DNA from: Antedon mediterranea
Lineage: Eukaryota > Animalia > Echinodermata
Reading direction: 5' to 3'
Assembly: GCF_964355755.1 (NCBI RefSeq)
Contig: NC_092678.1
Span: forward strand, 10,042,352-10,106,351
DNA: 64,000 bases
Made by a program: the position numbers and the translations under genes. Below the pieces are notes generated by a model that saw only the letters and a program-made list of their open reading frames with translations, had not been told where the DNA came from and ran no database searches. Each line of letters opens with the position of its first letter. Positions within the stretch are counted from its first letter, which is position 1. Below are positions 1 through 11,041 of this stretch, piece after piece.

Positions 1-2272
1 GTGTAACCAAGTTTTTTCGAAAATCACAAAATGGTCTAAAACGTCTCCAAATGCGATTTGAAGCTTTTCTAAGCACTTTGGTGTTTTTATGTTAACAAGT
101 TTTTTCGAAAATCACAAAATGGTCTAAAACGTCTCCAAATGCGATTTGAAGATATTCTGAGCACTTTGGTGTTTTTCTGTTAAAAAGTATTTTCGAAAAT
201 CACAAAATGGTCTAAAACGTCTCCAAATGCAATTTGAAGCTATTCTGTACACTTTGATGTTTTGTGTGAAAAAGTTTTGTCAAAATGCTCAAAATGGTCT
301 AAAACGTTTTTAAAACGATATTAAGCTATTTTGTGCTCTTTGATGTTTTTGTATAACCAAGTTTTTTCGAAATGAACAAAATGGTCTAAAACGTCTCCAA
401 ATGCGATTTGAAGCTTTTCTAAACACTTTGGTGTTTTTATGTTAACAAGTTTTTTCGAAAATCACAAAATGGTCTAAAACGTCTCCAAATCCGATTTGAA
501 GCTATTCTGTACACTTTGATGTTTTGTGTGAAAAAGTTTTGTCGAAATGCTCAAAATGGTCTAAAACGTTTTTAAAACGATATTAAGCTATTTTGTGCTC
601 TTTGATGTTTTTGTGTAACCAAGTTTCATCGATATGAACAAAATGGTCTAAAACGTCTCAAAATGCGATTTGAAGGTATTCTGAGCACTTTGGTGTTTTT
701 GGGTGAAAAGTTTTAACGAAATGCTCAAAATGGTCTAAAACGGTTTCTAATGTGATTTTAAGCACTTTGAAGTATTTGTAAAAACAAGTTTCATCGAAAT
801 GCACAAAATAGTCTAAAACGTCTCCAAATGCGATTTGAAGCTTTTCTAAGCACTTTGGTGTTTTTATGTTAACAAGTTTTTTCGAAAATCACAAAATGGT
901 CTAAAACGTCTCCAAATGCGATTTGAAGATATTCTGAGCACTTTGGTGTTTTTATGTTAAAAAGTATTTTCGAAAATCACAAAATGGTCTAAAACGTCTC
1001 CAAATGCGATTTGAAGCTCTTCTGTACACTTTGATGTTTTGTGTGAAAAAGTTTAGTCGAAATGCTCAAAATGGTCTAAAACGTTTTTAAAACGATATTA
1101 AGCTATTTTGTGCTCTTTGATGTTTTTGTGTAACCAAGTTTCATCGAAATGAACAAAATGGTCTAAAACGTCTCCAAATGCGATTTGAAGCTTTTCTAAG
1201 CACTTTGGTGTTTTTATGTTAACAAGTTTTTTCGAAAATCACAAAATGGTCTAAAACGTCTCCAAATGCGATTTGAAGATATTCTGAGCACTTTGCTGTT
1301 TTTATGTTAACAAGTTTTTTCGAAAATCACAAAATGGTCTAAAACGTCTCAAAATGCTATTTGAAGGTATTCTGAGCACTTTGGTGTTTTTGTGTGAAAA
1401 GTTTTAACGAAATGCTCAAAATGGTCTAAAACGGTTCTAATGTGATTTTAAACACTTTGATGTTTTGTGTGAAAAAGTTTTGTCAAAATGCTGAAAATGG
1501 TCTAAAACGTTTTTAAAACGATATTAAGCTATTTTGTGCTCTTTGATGTTTTTGTATAACCAAGTTTTTTCGAAAATCACAAAATGGTCTAAAACGTCTC
1601 CAAATGCGATTTGAAGATATTCTGAGCACTTTGGTGTTTTTATGTTAAAAAGTTTTTTCGAAAATCACAAAATGGTCTAAAACGTCTCCAAATGCGATTT
1701 GAAGATATTCTGAGCACTTTGGTGTTTTTATGTTAAAAAGTTTTTTCGAAAATCACAAAATGGTCTAAAACGTCTCCAAATGCGATTTGAAGCTATTCTA
1801 TACACTTTGATGTTTTGTGTTAAAAAGTTTTGTCGAAATGCTCAAAATGGTTTAAAACGTTTTTAAAACGATATTAAGCTATTTTGTGCTCTTTGATGTT
1901 TTTGTGTAACCAAGTTTCATCGAAATGAACAAAATGGTCTAAAACGTCTCCAAATGCGATTTGAAGCTTTTCCAAGCACTTTGCTGTTTTTATGTTAACA
2001 AGTTTTTTCGAAAATCACAAAATTGTCTAAAACGTCTCAAAATGCGATTTGAAGGTATTCTGAGCACTTTGGTGTTTTTGTGTGAAAAGTTTTAACGAAA
2101 AGCTCAAAATGGTCTAAAACGGTTCTAATGTGATTTTAAGCACTTTGATGTTTTTGTACAACCAAGTTTCATCGAAATGCTCAAAATGGTCTAAAACGTT
2201 TTTAAAACGATATTAAGCTATTTTGTGCTCTTTGATGTTTTTGTGTAACCAAGTTTTTTCGAAAATCACAAA

Positions 2273-2780
2273 ATGGTCTAAAACGTCTCCAAATGCGATT
2301 TGAAGCTTTTCTAAGCACTTTGGTGTTTTTATGTTAACAAGTTTTTTCGAAAATCACAAAATGGTCTAAAACGTCTCAAAATGCGATTTGAAGGTATTCT
2401 GAGCACTTTGGTGTTTTTGTGTGAAAAGTTTTAACGAAATGCTCAAAATGGTCTAAAACGGTTTCTAATGTGATTTTAACCACTTTGATGTTTTTGTGTA
2501 ACCAAGTTCTTTTCGAAAATCACAAAATGGTCTAAAACGTCTCCAAATGCGATTTGAAGCTTTTCTAAGCACTTTGGTGTTTTTATGTTAACAAGTTTTT
2601 TCGAAAATCACAAAATGGTCTAAAACGTCTCAAAATGCGATTTGAAGGTATTCTGAGCACTTTGGTGTTTTTGTGTGAAAAGTTTTAACGAAATGCTCAA
2701 AATGGTCTAAAACGGTTTCTAATGTGATTTTAACCACTTTGATGTTTTTGTGTAACCAAGTTTTTTCGAAAATCACAAAA
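2273..2780 (+). repeat. Tandem A-E-F trimer (253-254 bp) x2; recurs near 9.5, 16.3, 17.7, 19.5, 24.5, 30.5, 37.2, 44.5, 48.7, 58.5 and 60.3 kb
   Basis: Two consecutive A,E,F units, both carrying the F variant ttttaaccac; the first ends in caagttcttttcg. Confidence 0.85.
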
Positions 2781-4662
2781 TGGTCTAAAACGTCTCCAAA
2801 TGCGATTTGAAGCTTTTCTAAGCACTTTGGTGTTTTTATGTTAACAAGTTTTTTCGAAAATCACAAAATGGTCTAAAACGTCTCCAAATGCGATTTGAAG
2901 CTATTCTGTACACTTTGATGTTTTGTGTGAAAAGTTTTAACGAAATGCTCAAAATTGTCTAAAACGGTTTCTAATGTGATTTTAAGCACTTTGATGTTTT
3001 TGTAAAACCAAGTTTCATCGAAATGCACAAAATGGTCTAAAACGTCTCCAAATGCGATTTGAAGCTTTTCCAAGCACTTTGGTGTTTTTATGTTAACAAG
3101 GTTTTTCGAAAATCACAAAATGGTCTAAAACGTCTCCAAATGCGATTTGAAGCTTTTCCAAGCACTTTGCTGTTTTTATGTTAACAAGTTTTTTCGAAAA
3201 TCACAAAATGGTCTAAAACGTCTCAAAATACGATATTAAGCTGTTTTGTGCACTTTGATGATTTGTGTGAAAAGTTTTAACGAAATGCTCAAAATGGTCT
3301 AAAACGGTTTCTAATGTGATTTTAAGCACTTTGATGTTTTTATGTAGCCAAGTTTTTTCGAAAATCACAAAATGGTCAAAAACGTCTCCAAATGCGATTT
3401 GAAGCTTTTCTAAGCACTTTGGTTTTTTTATGTTAACAAGTTTTTTCGAAAATCACAAAATGGTCTAAAACGTCTTCAAATGCGATTTGAAGATATTCTG
3501 AGCACTTTGGTGTTTTTCTGTTAAAAAGTATTTTCGAAAATCACAAAATGGCCTAAAACGTCTCCAAATGCGATTTGAAGCTATTCTGTACACTTTGATG
3601 TTTTGTGTGAAAAAGTTTTGTCAAAATGCTCAAAATGGTCTAAAACGTTTTTAAAACGATATTAAGCTATTTTGTGCTCTTTGATGTGTTTGTATAACCA
3701 AGTTTTTTCGAAAATCACAAAATGGTCTAAAACGTCTCCAAATGCGATTTGAAGCTTTTCCAAGCACTTTGCTGTTTTTATGTTAACAATTTTTTTCGAA
3801 AATCATAAAATGGTCTAAAACGTCTCCAAATGCGATTTGAAGCTATTCTGTACACTTTGATGTTTTGTGTGAAAAGTTTTGTCGAAATGCTCAAAATGGT
3901 CTAAAACGTTTTTAAAACGATATTAAGCTATTTTGTGCTCTTTGATGTTTTTGTGTAACCAAGTTTCATCGAAATGAGCAAAATGGTCTAAAACGTCTCC
4001 AAATGCGATTTGAAGCTTTTCTAAGCACTTTGGTGTTTTTATGTTAACAAGTTTTTTCGAAAATCACAAAATGGTCTAAAACGTCTCCAAATGCGATTTG
4101 AAGATATTCTGAGCACTTTGCTGTTTTTATGTTAACAAGTTTTTTCGAAAATCACAAAATGGTCTAAAACGTCTCAAAATGCTATTTGAAGGTATTCTGA
4201 GCACTTTGGTGTTTTTGTGTGAAAAGTTTTAACGAAATGCTCAAAATGGTCTAAAACGGTTCTAATGTGATTTTAAGCACTTTGATGTTTTTGTATAACC
4301 AAGTTTCATCGAAATGCTCAAAATGGTCTAAAACGTTTTTAAAACGATATTAAGCTATTTTGTGCTCTTTGATGTTTTTGTGTAACGAAGTTTCATCGAA
4401 ATGAACAAAATGGTCTAAAACGTCTCCAAATGCGATTTGAAGCTTTTCCAAGCACTTTGCTGTTTTTATGTTAACAAGTTTTTTCGAAAATCACAAAATG
4501 GCCTAAAACGTCTCAAAATGCGATTTCAAGGTATTCTGAGCACTTTGGTGTTTTTGTGTGAAAGGTTTTAACGAAATGCTCAAAATGGTCTAAAACGGTT
4601 TCTAATGTGATTTAAAGCACTTTGATGTTTTTGTATAACCAAGTTTCATCGAAATGCACAAA

Positions 4663-5353
4663 ATGGTCTAAAACGTCTCCAAATGCGATTTGAAGCTTTT
4701 CTAAGCACTTTGCTGTTTTTATGTTAACAAGTTTTTTCGAAAATCACAAAATGGTCTAAAACGTCTCCAAATGCGATTTGAAGATATTCTGAGCACTTTG
4801 GTGTTTTTATGTTAAAAAGTTTTTTCGAAAATCACAAAATGGTCTAAAACGTCTCCAAATGCGATTTGAAGATATTCTGAGCACTTTGGTGTTTTTATGT
4901 TAACAAGTTTTTTCGAAAATCACAAAATGGTCTAAAACGTCTCCAAATGCGATTTGAAGCTATTCTGTACACTTTGATGTTTTGTGTGAAAAAGTTTTGT
5001 CGAAATGCTCAAAATGGTCTAAAACGTTTTTAAAACGATATTAAGCTATTTTGTGCTCTTTGATGTTTTTCTGTAACCAAGTTTTATCGAAATGAACAAA
5101 ATGGTCTAAAACGTCTCCAAATGCGATTTGAAGCTTTTCCAAGCACTTTGCTGTTTTTATGTTAACAAGTTTTTTCGAAAATCACAAAATGGTCTAAAAC
5201 GTCTCAAAATGCGATTTGAAGGTATTCTGAGCACTTTGGTGTTTTTGTGTGAAAAGTTTTAACGAAATGCTCAAAATTGTCTAAAACGGTTTCTAATGTG
5301 ATTTTAAGCACTTTGATGTTTTTGTAAAACCAAGTTTCATCGAAATGAACAAA
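4663..5353 (+). repeat. Representative 8-monomer higher-order repeat unit A-B-B-C-D-A-E-F (691 bp)
   Basis: Anchors at 4663 and 5354 are 691 bp apart (4x88+3x87+78), and the order ABBCDAE restarts at 5354. Diagnostics: A gaagcttttc(t/c)aagc; B gaagatattctgagc; C gaagct(a/c)ttctgtacac; D acgtttttaaaacgatattaagc; E ctcaaaatgcgatttgaaggtattc; F acggtttctaatgtgattttaa(g/c)cac. Confidence 0.8.
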
Positions 5354-8300
5354 ATGGTCTAAAATGTCTCCAAATGCGATTTGAAGCTTTTCCAAGCACT
5401 TTGCTGTTTTTATGTTAACAAGCTTTTTCGAAAATCACAAAATGGTCTAAAACGTCTCCAAATGCGATTTGAAGATATTCTGAGCACTTTGGTGTTTTTA
5501 TGTTAAAAAGTTTTTTCGAAAATCACAAAATGGTCTAAAACGTCTCCAAATGCGATTTGAAGATATTCTGAGCACTTTGGTGTTTTTATGTTAAAAAGTT
5601 TTTTCGAAAATCACAAAATGGTCTAAAACGTCTCCAAATGCGATTTGAAGCTATTCTGTACACTTTGATGTTTTGTGTGAAAAAGTTTTGTCGAAATGCT
5701 CAAAATGGTTTAAAACGGTTTTAAAACGATATTAAGTTATTTTGTGCTCTTTGATGTTTTTGTGTAACCAAGTTTCATCGAAATGAACAAAATGGTCTAA
5801 AACGTCTCCAAATGCGATTTGAAGCTTTTCCAAGCACTTTGCTGTTTTTATGTTAACAAGTTTTTTCGAAAATCACAAAATGGTGTAAAACGTCTCAAAA
5901 TGCGATTTGAAGGTATTCTGAGCACTTTGGTGTTTTTGTGTGAAAAGTTTTAACGAAATGCTCAAAATGGTCTAAAACGGTTCTAATGTGATTTTAAGCT
6001 ATTCTAGACACTTTGATGTTTTGTGTGAAAAAGTTTTCTCGAAATGCTCAAAATGGTCTAAAACGTTTTCCAATACCATATTAAGCTATTTTGTGCAATT
6101 TGATGTTTTTGTGTAACCAAGTTTTTTGAAATGCGATTTGAAGATATTCTGAGGACTCTGGTGTTTTTATGTTAAAAAGTTTTTTCGAAAATCACAAAAT
6201 GGTCTAAAACGTCTCCAAATGCGATTTGAAGATATTCTGAGCACTTTGGTGTTTTTATGTTAAAAAGTTTTTTCGAAAATCACAAAATGGTCTAAAACGT
6301 CTCCAAATGCGAGTTGAAGCTATTCTGTACACTTTGATGTTTTGTGTGAAAAAGTTTTGTCGAAATGCTCAAAATGGTCTAAAACGTTTTTAAAACGATA
6401 TTAAGCTATTTTGTGCTCTTTGATGTTTTTGTGTAACCAAGTTTTTTCGAAAATCACAAAATGGTCTAAAACGTCTCCAAATGCGATTTGAAGCTTTTCT
6501 AAGCACTTTGGTGTTTTTATGTTAACAAGTTTTTTCGCAAATCACAAAATGGTCTAAAACGTCTCCAAATGCGATTTGAAGATATTCTGAGCACATTGGT
6601 GTTTTTATGTTAAAAAAGTTTTTTCGAAAATCACAAAATGGTCTAAAACGTTTCCAAATGCGATTTGAAGCTCTTCTGTACACTTTGATGTTTTGTGTGA
6701 AAAAGTTTTTTCGAAATGCTCAAAATGGTCTAAAACGTTTTTAAATACGATATTAAGCTGTTTTGTGCACTTTGATGGTTTGTGTGAAAAGTTTTAACGA
6801 AATGCTCAAAATGGTCAAAAACGGTTTCTAATGTGATTTTAAGCACTTTGATGTTTTTGTGTAACCAAGTTTTTTCGAAAATCACAAATTGGTCTAAAAC
6901 GTCTCCAAATGCGATTTGAAGCTTTTCTAAACACTTTGGTGCTTTTATGTTAACAAGTTTTTTCGAAAATCACAAAATGGTCTAAAACGTCTCCAAATGC
7001 GATTTGAAGCTTTTCTAAACACTTTGGTGTTTTTATGTTAACAAGTTTTTTCGAAAATCACAAAATGGTCTAAAACGTCTTCAAATGCGATTTGAAGATA
7101 TTCTGAGCACTTTGGTGTTTTTCTGTTAAAAAGTTTTTTCGAAAATCACAAAATGGTCTAAAACGTCTCCAAATGCGATTTGAAGCTCTTCTGTACACTT
7201 TGATGTTTTGTGTGAAAAAGTTTTCTCGAAATGCTCAAAATGGTCTAAAACGTTTTCCAATACCATATTAAGCTATTTTGTGCAATTTGATGTTTTTATG
7301 TAACCAAGTTTTTTGAAATGCGATTTGAAGATATTCTGAGCACTTTGGTGTTTTTATGTTAAAAAGTTTTTTCGAAAATCACAAAATGGTCTAAAACGTC
7401 TCCAAATGCGATTTGAAGATATTCTGAGCACTTTGGTGTTTTTATGTTAAAAAGTTTTTTCGAAAATCACAAAATGGTCTAAAACGTCTCCAAATGCGAT
7501 TTGAAGCTATTCTGTACACTTTGATGTTTTGTGTGAAAAAGTTTTGTCGAAATGCTCAAAATGGTCTAAAACGTTTTTAAAACGATATTAAGCTATTTTG
7601 TGCTCTTTGATGTTTTTGTGTAACCAAGTTTTTTCGAAAATCACAAAATGGTCTAAAACGTCTCCAAATGCGATTTGAAGCTTTTCTAAGCACTTTGGTG
7701 TTTTTATGTTAACAAGTTTTTTCGAAAATCACAAAATGGTCTAAAACGTCTCAAAATGCGATTTGAAGGTATTCTGAGCACTTTGGTGTTTTTGTGTGAA
7801 AAGTTTTAACGAAATGCTCAAAATGGTCTAAAACGGTTTCTAATGTGATTTTAAGCACTTTGATGTTTTTGTGTAACCAAGTTTTTTCGAAAATCACAAA
7901 ATGGTCTAAAACGTCTCCAAATGCGATTTGAAGCTATTCTGTACACTTTGATGTTTTGTGTGAAAAAAGTTTTGTCGAAATGCTCAAAATGGTCTAAAAC
8001 GTTTTTAAAACGATATTGAGCTATTTTGTGCTCTTTGATGTTTTTGTGTAACCAAGTTTTATCGAAATGAACAAAATGGTCTAAAACGTCTCCAAATGCG
8101 ATTTGAAGCTTTTCCAAGCACTTTGCTGTTTTTATATTAAGTTTTTTCGAAAATCACAAAATGGTCTAAAACGTCTCTAAATGCGATTTGAAGGTATTCT
8201 GAGCAATTTGGTGTTTTTGTGTGAAAAGTTTTAACGAAATGCTCAAAATTGTCTAAAACGGTTTCTAATGTGATTTTAAGCACTTTGATGTTTTTGTAAA

Positions 8301-11041
8301 ACCAAGTTTCATCGAAATGCACAAAATGGTCTAAAACGTCTCCAAATGCGATTTGAAGCTATTCTGTACACTTTGATGTTTTGTGTGAAAAAAGTTTTGT
8401 CGAAATGCTCAAAATGGTCTAAAACGTTTTTAAAACGATATTAAGCTATTTTGTGCTCTTTGATGTTTTTGTGTAACCAAGTTTTATCGAAATGAACAAA
8501 ATGGTCTAAAACGTCTCCAAATGCGATTTGAAGCTTTTCCAAGCACTTTGCTGTTTTTATGTTAACAGGTTTTTTCGAAAATCACAAAATGGTCTAAAAC
8601 GTCTCAAAATGCGATTTGAAGGTATTCTGAGCACTTTGGTGTTTTTGTGTGAAAAGTTTTAACGAAATGCTCAAAATTGTCTAAAACGGTTTCTAATGTG
8701 ATTTTAAGCACTTTGATGTTTTTGTAAAACCAAGTTTCATCGAAATGCACAAAATGGTCTAAAATGTCTCCAAATGCGATTTGAAGCTTTTCCAAGCACT
8801 TTGCTGTTTTTATGTTAACAAGCTTTTTCGAAAATCACAAAAGGGTCTAAAACGTCTCCAAATGTGATTTGAAGATATTCTGAGCACTTTGGTATTTTTA
8901 TGTTAAAAAGTTTTTTCGAAAATCACAAAATGGTCTAAAACGTCTCCAAATGCGATTTGAAGATATTCTGAGCACTTTGGTGTTTTTATGTTAAAAAGTT
9001 TTTTCGAAAATCACAAAATGGTCTAAAACGTCTCCAAATGCGATTTGAAGCTATTCTGTACACTTTGATGTTTTGTGTGAAAAAGTTTTGTCGAAATGCT
9101 CAAAATGGTTTAAAACGTTTTTAAAACGATATTAAGCTATTTTGTGCTCTTTGATGTTTTTGTATAACCAAGTTTCATCGAAATGCACAAAATGGTCTAA
9201 AACGTCTCCAAATACGATTTGAAGCTTTTCCAAGCACTTTGCTGTTTTTATGTTAACAAGTTTTTTCGAAAATCACAAAATTGTCTAAAACGTCTCAAAA
9301 TGCGATTTGAAGGTATTCTGAGCACTTTGGTGTTTTTGTGTGAAAAGTTTTAACGAAAAGCTCAAAATGGTCTAAAACGGTTCTAATGTGATTTTAAGCA
9401 CTTTGATGTTTTTGTACAACCAAGTTTCATCGAAATGCTCAAAATGGTCTAAAACGTTTTTAAAACGATATTAAGCTATTTTGTGCTCTTTGATGTTTTT
9501 GTGTAACCAAGTTTTTTTCGAAAATCACAAAATGGTCTAAAACGTCTCCAAATGCGATTTGAAGCTTTTCTAAGCACTTTGGTGTTTTTATGTTAACAAG
9601 TTTTTTCGAAAATCGCAAAATGGTCTAAAACGTCTCAAAATGCGATTTGAAGGTATTCTGAGCACTTTGGTGTTTTTGTGTGAAAAGTTTTAACGAAATG
9701 CTCAAAATGGTCTAAAACGGTTTCTAATGTGATTTTAACCACTTTGATGTTTTTGTGTAACCAAGTTCTTTTCGAAAATCACAAAATGGTCTAAAACGTC
9801 TCCAAATGCGATTTGAAGCTTTTCTAAGCACTTTGGTGTTTTTATGTTAACAAGTTTTTTCGAAAATCACAAAATGGTCTAAAACGTCTCAAAATGCGAT
9901 TTGAAGGTATTCTGAGCACTTTGGTGTTTTTGTGTGAAAAGTTTTAACGAAATGCTCAAAATGGTCTAAAACGGTTTCTAATGTGATTTTAACCACTTTG
10001 ATGTTTTTGTGTAACCAAGTTTTTTCGAAAATCACAAAATGGTCTAAAACGTCTCCAAATGCGATTTGAAGCTTTTCTAAGCACTTTGGTGTTTTTATGT
10101 TAACAAGTTTTTTCGAAAATCACAAAATGGTCTAAAACGTCTCCAAATGCGATTTGAAGCTATTCTGTACACTTTGATGTTTTGTGTGAAAAAAGTTTTG
10201 TCGAAATGCTCAAAATGGTCTAAAACGTTTTTAAAACGATATTAAGCTATTTTGTGCTCTTTGATGTTTTTGTGTAACCAAGTTTTATCGAAATGAACAA
10301 AATGTTCTAAAACGTCTCCAAATGCGATTTGAAGCTTTTCCAAGCACTTTGCTGTTTTTATGTTAAGTTTTTTCGAAAATCACAAATTGGTCTAAAACGT
10401 CTCTAAATGCGAGTTGAAGGTATTCTGAGCACTTTGGTGTTTTTGTGTGAAAAGTTTTAACGAAATGCTCAAAATTGTCTAAAACGGTTTCTAATGTGAT
10501 TTTAAGCACTTTGATGTTTTTGTAAAACCAAGTTTCATCGAAATGCACAAAATGGTCTAAAACGTCTCCAAATGCGATTTGAAGCTTTTCCAAGCACTTT
10601 GCTGTTTTTATGTTAACAAGCTTTTTCGAAAATCACAAAATGGTCTAAAACGTCTCCAAATGCGATTTGAAGATATTCTGAGCACTTTGGTGTTTTTATG
10701 TTAAAAAGTTTTTTCGAAAATCACAAAATGGTCTAAAACGTCTCCAAATGCGATTTGAAGCTCTTCTGTACACTTTGATGTTTTGTGTGAATAAGTTTTG
10801 TCAAAATGCTCAAAATGGTCTAAAACGTTTTTAAAACGATATTAAGCTATTTTGTGCTCTTTGATGTTTTTGTATAACCAAGTTTTTTCGAAAATCACAA
10901 AATTATCTAAAACGTCTCCAAATGCGATTTGAAGATATTCTGAGCACTTTGGTGTTTTTATGTTAAAAAGTTTTTTCGAAAATCACAAAATGGTCTAAAA
11001 CGTCTCCAAATGCGATTTGAAGATATTCTGAGCACTTTGGT

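Noticed and set aside
14-32. Possible CENP-B box (TTCG....A..CGGG)
   Set aside because: Only TTCG matches; the required A and CGGG are absent.
28-63. CRISPR-like appearance: conserved ~36-bp core ending ATTTGAAG with more variable intervening sequence
   Set aside because: The intervening segments are homologous to each other and fall into a few recurring types rather than unique spacers. The core itself varies by subtype, and there are no cas genes or leader.
18-105. Monomer derived from three ~29-bp subrepeats
   Set aside because: Only AAATGC recurs at 29-bp spacing; the remainder of the putative thirds does not align convincingly by eye.
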